Below, one piece after another: positions 31,343-42,565 of a DNA stretch of 64,000 bases. How positions within the stretch are numbered: position 1 is the stretch's first letter; each line of letters starts with the position of its first letter. Made by a program: the position numbers and the translations under genes. Location of the stretch: the NCBI RefSeq assembly GCF_056746865.1, contig NZ_CM163382.1. One strand, given 5' to 3'. Below the pieces are notes generated by a model. It worked only from the letters and a program-made list of their open reading frames with translations. It was not told the origin of the DNA and made no database searches.

Positions 31343-32191
31343 ATGGGCCAGGTTGAACAGGTTTTTTCCCATGCGGTAAATCTGTTAATACCTGAACAGC
31401 AGCGACTGCTGACGTTACTGAGTGAGGATTGTGATAACGCACCTAACAGTTGTCGTTTAGCACTGACACATTATGAAGACCTTTTTCACCCCGGTGAACA
31501 GGTCAATTTTAGCGGGTCTGGAATAACTGTTGGAAATGATAAATGGATAGAAATAACCGGTTGTCAGATGTGGCGAATACCACGGTGGACATCTGATTCA
31601 GCAAGCCTTGCCAAAGTCGGCTGGCAGCATTGGGAAGAGTTTATCCGCCAACAACTAAGAAGCAACGACACATTATTTCTGTACCAGGGTGACAATCCAT
31701 TTTATCAGGAAATTTCTCGCCAATTACTCAACCGCCGAAAAAATTTGCTGAAGGCGTTGTGTACAGGAGAAAACATCACTGCGGCAGTCAACCAGTTAAT
31801 TGGTCTTGGAATAGGGCTGACGCCATCATCGGATGATTATTTAGTAGGTTTAAGCACTATTTTATTTATTCAAGGACATCCACTAAGGAAGTATAGATAC
31901 GATTTCTTAGCAGCATTACAACTTGCAGGAAATAACATAACGCTTCTCAGCAAAATAACGTTAGAGGAAGCATTTAATCAGCGTTATCGGGAAAGAGTCG
32001 GACGGCTACTGAACCAATTTATTACTGAGCCACAACCCATTTCTACGCAATATGTTACTGACATAAAAAATATAGGCTCAAGTTCTGGATGCGACATGCT
32101 GTATGGCATGGCGGATGCCTGCGCCCTGAGCCACAGGTCCGGAGGTAATTATGTCAATCAGGATAGTTGTAAAAAAAAACACGTATTTTGA
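31343..32191 (+). CDS. DUF2877-like protein (YahE/YlbF-like)
   Basis: 282 aa; size and position match the yahE/ylbF partner of FdrA-like genes; called by synteny and recollection. Confidence 0.5.
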   Translation: MGQVEQVFSHAVNLLIPEQQRLLTLLSEDCDNAPNSCRLALTHYEDLFHPGEQVNFSGSGITVGNDKWIEITGCQMWRIPRWTSDSASLAKVGWQHWEEFIRQQLRSNDTLFLYQGDNPFYQEISRQLLNRRKNLLKALCTGENITAAVNQLIGLGIGLTPSSDDYLVGLSTILFIQGHPLRKYRYDFLAALQLAGNNITLLSKITLEEAFNQRYRERVGRLLNQFITEPQPISTQYVTDIKNIGSSSGCDMLYGMADACALSHRSGGNYVNQDSCKKKHVF

Positions 32192-33698
32192 TTCTGTTTC
32201 ACTGATGTCTATCTCCACGCGCGCAAATAAGCTTGATGGAGTTGAGCAGGCATTTGTTGCTATGGCGACAGAGATGAATAAGGGGGTGCTGAAGAATCTC
32301 GGTCTGCTGACCCCTGAGCTGGAAGAGGCGAAAAGTGGCGATCTGATGATTGTCATTAAAGGTACCAGCGAGGAGGCGAACGAGCGGACGCTAATAGCGA
32401 TTGATGAGCTGTTTGCGCATAAAGAACAGGGAGGCCAGCACGAAGCACGCTATGCCACGATTGCCAGTGCGAAGAAGCATGCTCCAGAGAGTAATCTGGC
32501 GGTGATCTCTGTCAATGGCCTGTTTGCTGCTCGTGAAGCTCGTCAGGCACTACAAAATAACCTCAATGTTATGCTGTTTTCTGACAACGTCTCTCTTGAG
32601 GACGAGCTGGAACTCAAGCATCTGGCACATGAAAAAGGGTTGTTGATGATGGGGCCTGATTGTGGAACCGCCATCATTAACGGCGCAGCGTTGTGTTTTG
32701 GCAATGCAGTGCGTCGCGGCAACATCGGAATCATTGGTGCCTCCGGTACGGGTAGCCAGGAGCTGAGCGTACGCATTCACGAATTTGGCGGCGGGATTTC
32801 CCAGCTGATTGGGACAGGTGGACGCGATATGAGTGAAAAAATTGGCGGCCTGATGATGCTTGACGCGATTAGCATGCTGGAGGCCGATCCACAAACTGAG
32901 ATCATTACGCTTATATCCAAACCTCCTGCACCAGCGGTAGCCCGTAAGGTGCTGGAACGTGCGCGCACCTGTCACAAGCCTGTGGTGGTGTGTTTCCTCG
33001 GACGTGAGTCCACCCCTGCGGATGAAGAAGGCCTACAGTTTGCCCGCGGTACTAAAGAGGCTGCCTTGAAAGCGGTACTGTTGACTGGTGTGAAAAAAGA
33101 GAGTCTGGATTTGCATCCGCTCAACTGGCAGCTGATTGAAGAGGTTCGCTCCCGTCTGACTCCACAACAAAAGTATATCCGTGGCCTGTTCTGTGGTGGC
33201 ACGTTATGCGATGAAGCGATGTTTACTGCCATGGAAAAACTCTCGGATGTGTATAGCAATATTCACCCGAATCCGGCGTTCCGCCTTACAGATCTCAACC
33301 GTAGCGTGGCGCATACCTTCCTCGATTTCGGCGATGATTATTTTACCAACGGCAAACCACATCCGATGATCGATCCCACCAATCGCATTACCCGGCTCTT
33401 GCAGGAAGCACAGGATCCTGAAGTTGGCGTGATCGTGATGGACTTCATTCTTGGATTTGGATCACATGAAGATCCGGTTGGAGTGATGCTGGATACAATT
33501 GTTGAAGCCAAAGAAATTGCTGCCGCAGACGGTCGCCCGCTTGAGATCCTCGGCTATGTGCTGGGAACCGACCTTGATACACCGTCGCTGAAAAAACAGT
33601 GTCAGATGTTGACCGATGCCGGGGTTATTTGGGCAAGCAGTAGCACCAACACCGGATTACTGGCACGTGAATTTATATTTAAAGGGGAGGAAGGCTGA
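32151..33698 (+). CDS. FdrA/YahF-like CoA-ligase-fold protein
   Basis: 515 aa, MSIRIVVKKNTYFDSVSLMSIS... typical of FdrA/YahF; RBS GGAGG before ATG. Confidence 0.75.
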   Translation: MSIRIVVKKNTYFDSVSLMSISTRANKLDGVEQAFVAMATEMNKGVLKNLGLLTPELEEAKSGDLMIVIKGTSEEANERTLIAIDELFAHKEQGGQHEARYATIASAKKHAPESNLAVISVNGLFAAREARQALQNNLNVMLFSDNVSLEDELELKHLAHEKGLLMMGPDCGTAIINGAALCFGNAVRRGNIGIIGASGTGSQELSVRIHEFGGGISQLIGTGGRDMSEKIGGLMMLDAISMLEADPQTEIITLISKPPAPAVARKVLERARTCHKPVVVCFLGRESTPADEEGLQFARGTKEAALKAVLLTGVKKESLDLHPLNWQLIEEVRSRLTPQQKYIRGLFCGGTLCDEAMFTAMEKLSDVYSNIHPNPAFRLTDLNRSVAHTFLDFGDDYFTNGKPHPMIDPTNRITRLLQEAQDPEVGVIVMDFILGFGSHEDPVGVMLDTIVEAKEIAAADGRPLEILGYVLGTDLDTPSLKKQCQMLTDAGVIWASSSTNTGLLAREFIFKGEEG

Positions 33699-35116
33699 TG
33701 AGCCAGACACTGTTTAATCAGCCGCTGAACGTTATTAATGTCGGTATCGAAATGTTCAGCGATGACATGAAAAAGCAGAATGTACCGGTAACCCAACTTG
33801 ACTGGACACCGCCAGGCCAAGGAAACATACAAGTGGTAACGGCACTGGACGACATTGCCGCTTCACCACTGGCAGACAAAATTGCAGCTGCTAATCAGCT
33901 GGCGCTGGAACGCATTATCCAGTCGCATCCTGTGCTAATTGGCTATGATCAGGCGATCAACGTCGTGCCGGGTATGACCCGTAACACTATCCTTCACGCC
34001 GGGCCGCCAATCCACTGGGAAAAAATGTGCGGCGCAATGAAGGGCGCAGTAACCGGGGCTCTGGTATTTGAAGGACTGGCGAAAGATCTGGATGATGCCG
34101 CCGAACTAGCTGCTTCAGGTGAAATCATCTTCTCTCCGTGCCACGAACATGACTGTGTCGGCTCAATGGCGGGTGTCACGTCTGCATCGATGTTTATGCA
34201 CATCGTCGAGAACAAAACCTATGGAAACCGCGCATATACCAATATGAGCGAGCAGATGGCAAAGATCCTGCGTATGGGCGCTAACGACCAGAGCGTTATA
34301 GAGCGTCTTAACTGGATGCGAGATGTACTGGGACCTATGTTGCGCGATGCTATGAAGCTGGCGGGCGAAATCGATCTGCACTTGATGTTAGCGCAGGCGC
34401 TGCATATGGGCGATGAGTGCCATAACCGCAACAACGCCGGGACGGCGCTGCTGATTCAGACGCTGACGCCGTGGATTATTCAGACTGGCTACCCTGTTGA
34501 GCAGCAGCGTGAGGTGTTCGAGTTTGTCCTCAGTAGTGATTACTTCTCAGGACCAACATGGATGGCAATGTGTAAAGCCGCAATGGACGCTGCGCACGGC
34601 ATTGAATACAGCACCGTGGTGACAACGATGGCACGCAATGGTGTTGAGTTCGGTCTTCGTATTAGCGGTTTGCCGGGCAAGTGGTTTACCGGTCCGGCGC
34701 AGCAGGTGATTGGGCCGATGTTTGCGGGCTATAAGCTAGAGGATTCCGGACGTGATATCGGTGATAGTGCAATTACCGAAACCTACGGCGTTGGCGGTTT
34801 CGCTATGGCGACGGCACCAGCTATTGTGTCACTGGTGGGCGGAACAGTTGAGGAAGCTATTGATTTCTCACGTAAAATGAGAGAAATCACTCTCGGAGAA
34901 AACCCCAACGTCACCATTCCCCTGCTTGGTTTTATGGGCGTACCGACCGCTATCGATATTACGCGTGTAGGCAGTACAGGCATTCTGCCGGTAATTAACA
35001 CAGCCATTGCGCACAAAGACGCAGGGATCGGCATGATCGGCGCAGGAATTGTTCACCCGCCGTTCACTTGTTTTGAAAAGGCGATCCTCAACTGGCGTGA
35101 CCACTACTGCCAATAA
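33698..35116 (+). CDS. DUF1116-like protein (YahG/YlbE-like)
   Basis: 472 aa; start overlaps FdrA-like stop; size and synteny match yahG. Confidence 0.6.
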   Translation: MSQTLFNQPLNVINVGIEMFSDDMKKQNVPVTQLDWTPPGQGNIQVVTALDDIAASPLADKIAAANQLALERIIQSHPVLIGYDQAINVVPGMTRNTILHAGPPIHWEKMCGAMKGAVTGALVFEGLAKDLDDAAELAASGEIIFSPCHEHDCVGSMAGVTSASMFMHIVENKTYGNRAYTNMSEQMAKILRMGANDQSVIERLNWMRDVLGPMLRDAMKLAGEIDLHLMLAQALHMGDECHNRNNAGTALLIQTLTPWIIQTGYPVEQQREVFEFVLSSDYFSGPTWMAMCKAAMDAAHGIEYSTVVTTMARNGVEFGLRISGLPGKWFTGPAQQVIGPMFAGYKLEDSGRDIGDSAITETYGVGGFAMATAPAIVSLVGGTVEEAIDFSRKMREITLGENPNVTIPLLGFMGVPTAIDITRVGSTGILPVINTAIAHKDAGIGMIGAGIVHPPFTCFEKAILNWRDHYCQ

Positions 35117-35228
35117 CAATAACCGGGGCTAACGCAGTTAGCCCCACAGTAGCGGAAAACGTTGTTTACCTTCAGGGCTGGGCGATCTCCATGATCGCAA
35201 ACGATGCTTAACCTGTTAAGGAGATTCC

Positions 35229-36779
35229 ATGAACAGCATAAAACTAGAATGGAAACGTGGTGACTGGGCGGCTTACTTTGGACTGATGACCAACAATCTG
35301 ACTAACCTGCTGACAATGATGGGTCTGCTAATTTTTGTCGTCGGAATCCCTACTGAAATTGTCTATGGACGCATTGCGCCTGCCTTTGGTCTTGCAGTGC
35401 TGGCGGCCAGTGTCTGCTACTCCTGGTTTGGTCTACAGATGGTGAAGAAAACCGGTCGTAGCGATGTAACGGCGCTGCCGTCTGGACCGAGCGCACCCTC
35501 AATCTTTACCGTGACATTCCTGGTGCTGATGCCGGTTTATCAGCAAACCAAAGATGCCAACTTTGCTATTCAGATAGGATTGGTGTGGTGCTTTGTCGAA
35601 GCGTTGATCCTGGTCGGTGGCTCCTTCCTGGGTGAGACTATCCGCAAGATGATCCCGCGTACAGTGCTGCTTTCTTGTCTGTCCGGACTGGGGTTATTAC
35701 TGCTGGCAATGAACCCGATGCTGCAAGCGTTCGAAGCGCCGACAGTTTCTTTCATCGTCCTGTTATTGATCTTCATTAACTGGTTCGGTAAGAAGCCGAT
35801 TTTTCCCCATATTCCTACCGGTTTGCTGTTGCTGATTGCTGGTACGTCCCTAGCGTGGATATCCGGTTTACAAAGCCCGGAAGACATTAAAGCGTCGATG
35901 TCTTCCTTCGGCTTCAACCCGCCGGAAATTCATGTAAGGAGCTTCCTGCAAGGTTTGCCGCACGCTCTGCCATATCTGGCTTCTGCAGTTCCTTTGGGCC
36001 TGGCTAACTACATTTTTGACCTCGAGAACATTGAAAGTGCGCACGCGGCTGGTGATGAATACAACACCCGTAAGGTCATGATGGCGAACGGCTTTGCCTC
36101 CATGCTCGGTTGCATGCTGGGTAATCCGTTCCCGGTAACCGTATATGTTGGGCATGCAGGCTGGAAAGCTATGGGCGCTAGTATCTGCTATACCCTCGCA
36201 TCAGGCATCACTATGTTTCTGGTGCCATTGTTTGGGTTGGGCGCGTTTATGCTCGCCATTATTCCCATGACTGCTATAGTGCCAATTCTGGTTTTTATCG
36301 GTGTGGTAACCGCCAATCAGGTGGTGCGAGAAACTCCTAAAGTCGAGGTTCCCGTCATTTTCATCTGTCTGTTCCCATGGGTCGCCAACTGGGCATTGAC
36401 CATCGTTAACAGCGTGATGGGCGCAGCCGGAACATCCGCTGAGAAACTTGGTAGCGACCTGTTGCACAGCAAAGGCGTCTATTACGATGGACTGATGCAT
36501 CTGGGAAGCGGTGCACCGCTGGCCAGCATGCTGTGGGGATGCATTGCTATCTTTGCCATTATGAATAAGCCGCTGCGCGGGGCGATAGCTGCATCCTTTG
36601 GAGCACTGTTATCGCTGTTTGGCGTGATTCACTCCCCAGCGGTTGGCTTTGCGGAAGGCGGCTCGATTGTGTTTGTTGTGGCCTACCTGATGATGCTTGC
36701 TATGTTTGCCCTCAAGCATGTTATTGATAGCCGTGAAACAGTGGCTGCGTCTGAGCAGGAAGAGACTAAAACGACCTGA
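35229..36779 (+). CDS. putative permease (possibly nucleobase/AzgA-like; family uncertain)
   Basis: 516-aa polytopic membrane protein inside the yah-like operon. Confidence 0.5.
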   Translation: MNSIKLEWKRGDWAAYFGLMTNNLTNLLTMMGLLIFVVGIPTEIVYGRIAPAFGLAVLAASVCYSWFGLQMVKKTGRSDVTALPSGPSAPSIFTVTFLVLMPVYQQTKDANFAIQIGLVWCFVEALILVGGSFLGETIRKMIPRTVLLSCLSGLGLLLLAMNPMLQAFEAPTVSFIVLLLIFINWFGKKPIFPHIPTGLLLLIAGTSLAWISGLQSPEDIKASMSSFGFNPPEIHVRSFLQGLPHALPYLASAVPLGLANYIFDLENIESAHAAGDEYNTRKVMMANGFASMLGCMLGNPFPVTVYVGHAGWKAMGASICYTLASGITMFLVPLFGLGAFMLAIIPMTAIVPILVFIGVVTANQVVRETPKVEVPVIFICLFPWVANWALTIVNSVMGAAGTSAEKLGSDLLHSKGVYYDGLMHLGSGAPLASMLWGCIAIFAIMNKPLRGAIAASFGALLSLFGVIHSPAVGFAEGGSIVFVVAYLMMLAMFALKHVIDSRETVAASEQEETKTT

Positions 36780-36805
36780 ATAGCCTGCAAACGGAAGATA
36801 ATTCT

Positions 36806-37768
36806 ATGAAAGAACTTGTGGTCGTTGCCATTGGTGGCAACAGCATTATCAAAGATAACGCCAGCCAGTCGATTGAGCATCAGGCGGAGGCGGTGAAGGC
36901 CGTCGCCGATACGGTTCTGGAAATGCTGGCTTCCGATTACGACATTGTGCTGACCCACGGCAACGGGCCGCAGGTCGGTCTGGATTTACGCCGCGCGGAG
37001 ATAGCCCACGAGCGCGAAGGGCTACCCTTAACGCCGCTGGCGAACTGTGTGGCGGATACGCAAGGCGGCATTGGCTATCTGATCCAGCAGGCGCTGAACA
37101 ACCGGCTGGCGCCTCTCGGCGAGAAAAAAGCCGTCACCGTGGTGACTCAGGTGGAAGTGGATAAAAACGATCCGGGGTTTGTCCATCCCACCAAGCCCAT
37201 CGGTGCATTCTTTAGTGAAAACCAGCGTGATGAACTACAAAAGGCAAACCCTGACTGGCGTTTTGTTGAAGATGCCGGACGGGGCTATCGCCGCGTGGTC
37301 GCCTCGCCGGAACCGAAACGTATTGTCGAAGCACCTGCCATTAAGACTCTGATCCAGCAAGGCTTTGTGGTGATTGGCGCGGGCGGCGGTGGCATTCCGG
37401 TGGTGCGTACTGACGCAGGGGATTACCAAAGCGTGGACGCGGTTATCGACAAAGATCTCTCTAGCGCGCTACTGGCTCGCGAAATTCACGCCGACATTCT
37501 GGTGATCACCACCGGCGTGGAAAAAGTGAGTATTCATTTTGGGAAACCCAACCAGCATGCACTGGATACAGTGGATGTCCTAACGATGGCCCGTTACATG
37601 CAGGAGGGTCACTTCCCGCCTGGGAGTATGTTACCGAAGATTCTTGCCAGTCTGGAGTTCCTGGAACGTGGAGGTAAAAGAGTGATTATCACCACGCCTG
37701 AATGCCTGTCCGCGGCACTGCGTGGCGAAACAGGCACCCATATTATCCACTCCCAAGAGGAGACGTAA
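36806..37768 (+). CDS. carbamate kinase (YahI/ArcC-like)
   Basis: MKELVVVAIGGNSI...LTHGNGPQVG... amino-acid-kinase family carbamate kinase motifs. Confidence 0.85.
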   Translation: MKELVVVAIGGNSIIKDNASQSIEHQAEAVKAVADTVLEMLASDYDIVLTHGNGPQVGLDLRRAEIAHEREGLPLTPLANCVADTQGGIGYLIQQALNNRLAPLGEKKAVTVVTQVEVDKNDPGFVHPTKPIGAFFSENQRDELQKANPDWRFVEDAGRGYRRVVASPEPKRIVEAPAIKTLIQQGFVVIGAGGGGIPVVRTDAGDYQSVDAVIDKDLSSALLAREIHADILVITTGVEKVSIHFGKPNQHALDTVDVLTMARYMQEGHFPPGSMLPKILASLEFLERGGKRVIITTPECLSAALRGETGTHIIHSQEET

Positions 37769-38866
37769 ATTAAGGAAAGCGACCGCCGCCGTGAATTTTT
37801 AATGTTCATTGCAGATTATCGTGGGCTGGAAATGATAACGGTTGGGGAGTTATTGTTTAGTTGCTAAAACAGAACGATAACCAACCCCAACCGTTCTCAA
37901 TTTCGAATACTATCTTTTCCATTTATCTCTGGATAGGCTTTGACGTCGTCCCTACTGAGTAAAATCCCCCTCATCATCCACCTAAAACCGATTGAAAACG
38001 GTCATTACTCTTGTGGCAAACAGGCTAAAGCCGTTCACGATGCTTCACTTCGCACCTTATCGTAATGAACAATACTGGTATTTCCAGTTCAGTTACGCCT
38101 ACCCGTCTACCGCATTCTTTGCCCTAACTGCGGCATAGTTCGGGATTATATCAGCTGGCTAAAGCCTTATGCTCATCAGACCACATGACTCATTGAGCAT
38201 GTTGAGGCGTTACTCAAAATCTTGCCGATTAAACATATTTCGTAATTTCTTACCCTGCACTAACATATCATCAATACTATCGACAAACGTCAGTTGCAAA
38301 TAGAGGTCACAGGGTCTGATTGATGTACTGTCAAGGCCGGGTCATGAAAGAGTTTGCCCTGTTCAAAGCTCATCGTTACGCACCGTCGTAGCCGATGCGG
38401 ATACTCATCAATCCTCTGGATAGGTGAGGTGCGTAGTAGAGAAGCTCGGTCGTTTTTCGTTAATCTGAATCAGTACTGTCAACATATTCAAGTCGTTAAT
38501 ATGGATATGAATACCTCCTTTGACCTAGAGGTACAGATGCACTACCCCCCAAGCTGTCAACGACGGATGAAAAGTGGCTCTTCCGCAACCTGGATGGAGA
38601 TTTTCATGCCAGTGGACTCATGACCCTCTGCCTGAGTAGTTCAAATCCGGCTCGACCATACATCTGGCCTTTCAGCATTTTTAGCCAATTTACATGACTT
38701 TCGACCACCCCCCATTATTCCAGCGACTGCTGATTGCCTCACATATAGCCGCAGCATCAGCTACCATCCTTGCAGCCACGCGCCGAAGTTACCACTTTCT
38801 CGTTGCTCTTTTAACCACTCCCTCCATGGGTCCAGAAGTCCTCGCTCTGGAGGCCGGGTTGACATT

Positions 38867-39730
38867 TCAGGGAATGTTCCTGAACACACCCAGAGACTGA
38901 CTGTCACACGTGATAAGCCTGTAATACGGGATATTTCCCCTGAACCCACATCCCTTGTTATGTAGTGCCATAACCTCTGTCCAACGCTGATGCCGTTTTT
39001 GGCGGGTTTGCTGTTTAAGGCGTTCCGGACGACGGAGCGATGCTACAGGCACAGACAGTACTGGCTTAGGTGATTTCTTTGGTGACAACCCACTGGCAAC
39101 AAGACGTATCAGAGGCATCTGTCTGTACATCATTCGTTCAGGCGCATCGCCAATATTTTTTAGCAGGTGCCATCGATCAGCTATCTGTCTGGCCTGAGGT
39201 GCACCTTCACGTGCTGCTGTCGCATAGACTCCGCCACGGTCACGTGAGACAACCTGTATTTCCGGATATTTTCTGAACCAGGTCGCCAGCGTACTCTGAT
39301 CGCAACCGGGAAGCAGGACGAGGGGACGGTGAGTATCAAGATTGACAATTAACGTGCCGTAATGGTGGCCCCGATGCCACGCCCACTCATCAATACCGAC
39401 ATGAGGCGCGCCCGACTGTTTCGTCTCCGGGGTATTAATAACCCTGCGAAGAAGAGTATCAGCACTGCAACGGAGCCCCACTGCCGTTGCTGCCTGTTTC
39501 CCGGCCTCACCTCCGGCTATTAATCCCAGTTGATGTTGTAAATTTTGTAACACCTGTGAAGAATGCTGGGAGTGAACCGGCGAAGGGGGCAAGCGACCCG
39601 GCAAAAATTTTACGTGAACAAGCCGGGTTACGGCAGTACCAGTGGCGGACGGAAAATACAAGCCATAGCGTCTGCCCTGAGCAGGGTAGATGCTGTATCC
39701 GGCGCCGACGATAACTATGAACAGAGTCAC
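38867..39730 (-). pseudogene. ISL3-family-like transposase fragment
   Basis: ...VGIDEWAWHRGHHYGTLIVNLDTHRPLVLLPGCDQSTLATWF...ADRWHLLKN... resembles a DDE_Tnp_ISL3 core; gene incomplete and abutted by IS1. Confidence 0.45.
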
Positions 39731-39907
39731 TACGCTTAAAGCATTCAGGACTTGTGCTGTTTTGCGTTTTCCGTGGAGATGGAGGGTTATACCGTCAGAG
39801 CTAATAATTTGTCGACTGCATCTCCATCCGCAAGGTAACTGTAGAAGTGTCTGGTGATGCTGCCAACTTACTGATTTAGTGTATGATGGTGTTTTTGAGG
39901 TGCTCCA

Positions 39908-40183
39908 GTGGCTTCTGTTTCTATCAGCTGTCCCTCCTGTTCAGCTACTGACGGGGTGGTGCGTAACGGCAAAAGCACCGCCGGACATCAGCGCTATCTC
40001 TGCTCTCACTGCCGTAAAACATGGCAACTGCAGTTCACTTACACCGCTTCTCAACCCGGTACGCACCAGAAAATCATTGATATGGCCATGAATGGCGTTG
40101 GATGCCGGGCAACAGCCCGCATTATGGGCGTTGGCCTCAACACGATTTTACGTCACTTAAAAAACTCAGGCCGCAGTCGGTAA
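39908..40183 (+). CDS. insA: IS1 InsA
   Basis: [43 protein letters not shown]... Confidence 0.9.
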
Positions 40184-40605
40184 CCTCGCGCATACAGCCG
40201 GGCAGTGACGTCATCGTCTGCGCGGAAATGGACGAACAGTGGGGCTATGTCGGGGCTAAATCGCGCCAGCGCTGGCTGTTTTACGCGTATGACAGGCTCC
40301 GGAAGACGGTTGTTGCGCACGTATTCGGTGAACGCACTATGGCGACGCTGGGGCGTCTTATGAGCCTGCTGTCACCCTTTGACGTGGTGATATGGATGAC
40401 GGATGGCTGGCCGCTGTATGAATCCCGCCTAAAGGGAAAGCTGCACGTAATCAGCAAGCGATATACGCAGCGAATTGAGCGGCATAACCTGAATCTGAGG
40501 CAGCACCTGGCACGGCTGGGACGGAAGTCGCTGTCGTTTTCAAAATCGGTGGAGCTGCATGACAAAGTCATCAGGCATTATCTGAACATAAAACACTATC
40601 AATAA
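40102..40605 (+). CDS. insB: IS1 InsB frame (expressed as InsAB by frameshift)
   Basis: ...[44 protein letters not shown]... Confidence 0.85.
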
Positions 40606-40620
40606 GTTGGAGTCATTACC

Positions 40621-40770
40621 GTGTTCCCGACAGACGACTCGGTGAAAAAAGTGGTGTGGCTGGCAATCCAGTCTGCGTCCCAGAAATGGACGATGCCGTT
40701 GAAGGACTGGCGAATGGCAATGAGCCGCTTTATTATCGAGTTCGGTGACCGCCTGGACGGTCACTTCTGA
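40621..40770 (+). pseudogene. IS256-family (mutator-type) transposase, C-terminal fragment
   Basis: ...KKVVWLAIQSASQKWTMPLKDWRMAMSRFIIEFGDRLDGHF stop; starts at the IS1 boundary. Confidence 0.5.
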
Positions 40771-41291
40771 GAAAAGGCATTTACACAGAATCCTAAACAG
40801 GCTCATTCAGACAGCTTTTTATTTCACTATGGCTATCCCAGAACAATCAGTACAAATAATAAAAGACATATCACAGCAACACTCCACACTGACAGCGCAA
40901 AAATAAATGCCGCCTTTGTTATCTTCATATACAAGCAACCTGTCCTGATAATCACCAGCTCATGTTTTATTCTTAACCATTCGTCACAAATACAACAAAA
41001 AATAACAGCAGCAGCACCGATATCACAATATAAGATACATTATTCAACACCTGAATCCCCCGCCGCTTCTCTCCCCTTTATAAAACGCCCCTTCCGGAAT
41101 CCAGACCGCTGCAGTGCACGACGAAGATGACCGTATACCGTCTTGTCATTCTGCCCCGTCTCTTCTGTAATCTCCGCAATACTTAAACCTCTGTAATACC
41201 GGTTCAGTACCGCTCTGCGCTCTTCCAGCGTCAACACACCTCCGGCCGCTCTCAGATTCAGCATCGACTTATTCAGAATATGGATTTGCCC

Positions 41292-42197
41292 CTATATTTC
41301 CAGACACCTGTTATCACTTAACCCATTACTGGCCCGCTGCCGTAGATATTCCCGTGGCGAGCGATAACCCAGTGCACTATGCGGATGCCATTCGTTATAA
41401 TGCTCGAACGCCTCTGCAAGGTTCTTTGCTGCCGTTAACCCGTCTGGTTTAGGCATGATACTGATGTAGTCACGCTTTATCGTTTTCACGAAGCTCTCTG
41501 CTATGCCGTTACTCTCCGGACTCCGCACCGCCGTGTTCTTCGGTTCAAGCCCCAACATCCGGGCAAACTGCCGTGTTTCATTAGCCCGGTAGCATGAACC
41601 ATTATCCGTCAGCCACTCTACTGGAGACGCCGGAAGCTCGTTGCCGAAGCGGCGTTCCACCGCTCCCAGCATTACGTCCTGTACTGTTTCACTGTCGAAG
41701 CCGCCCGTAGTGACTGCCCAGTGCAGTGCCTCACGGTCACAGCAGTCCAGCGCGAACGTGACTCGCAGTTTTTCTCCGTTATCACAGCGGAACTCGAACC
41801 CGTCAGAGCACCATCGTTGATTGCTTTCTTTCACGGCCACTTTGCCAGTATGTGCCCGTTTCGATGGCGGTACAGCGGTTTTTCGCTCAAGCAACAGCGC
41901 ATTCTGGCGCATGATCCGGTAAACACGTTTGGCATTGATCGCAGGCATACCATCAAGTTCGGCCTGTCTGCGAAGCAGCGCCCATACCCGACGATAACCA
42001 TACGTGGGCAGCTCTCCGATAACATGGTGTATACGGAGAAGCACATCCGTATCATCTGAGTGACGGCTGCGGCGACCATCTTTCCAGTCATCGGTTCGTC
42101 TGAGAATGACGTGCAACTGCGCACGCGACACCCGGAGACAACGGCTGACTAAGCTTACTCCCCATCCCCGGGCAATAAGGGCGCGTGCGCTATCCAC
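41292..42197 (-). CDS. insD: IS2 transposase InsD (orfB)
   Basis: ...[34 protein letters not shown]...[22 protein letters not shown]... Confidence 0.9.
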
Positions 42198-42565
42198 TTT
42201 TTTGCACGCCCGTATTCAACGGCTTCTTTAAGGAGTTCATTTTCCATCGTTTTTTTGCCGAGCAGGCGCTGGAGTTCTTTAATCTGCTTCATGGCAGCAG
42301 CAAGTTCAGAGGCAGGAACGACCTGCTCTCCTGCGGCCACAGCAGTAAGACTTCCCTCCTGGTATTGCTTGCGCCAGAGAAATAACTGGCTGGCTGCCAC
42401 ACCGTGTTGCCGGGCAACAAGGGAGACCGTCATTCCCGGTTCAAAACTCTGCTGAACAATAGCGATCTTTTCCTGTGTAGTACGCCGTCTGCGTTTCTCC
42501 GGTCCTAAGACATCAATCATCTGCTCTCCAATGACTAGTCTAAAAACTAGTATTAAGACTATCAC
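42155..42565 (-). CDS. insC: IS2 InsC (orfA)
   Basis: [56 protein letters not shown]... Confidence 0.9.

Larger units (their letters stand above)
39853..40620 (+). mobile_element. IS1 (768 bp), complete, no flanking target duplication
   Basis: Ends GGTGATGCTGCCAACTTACTGAT... and ...AAGTTGGAGTCATTACC; 9-bp flanks GAAGTGTCT and GTGTTCCCG differ. Confidence 0.9.

Noticed and set aside
38600-38680. TTCAAATCC motif resembling a tRNA T-loop
   Set aside because: Flanking bases do not form a T-stem or acceptor stem; lies inside a transposase-like remnant
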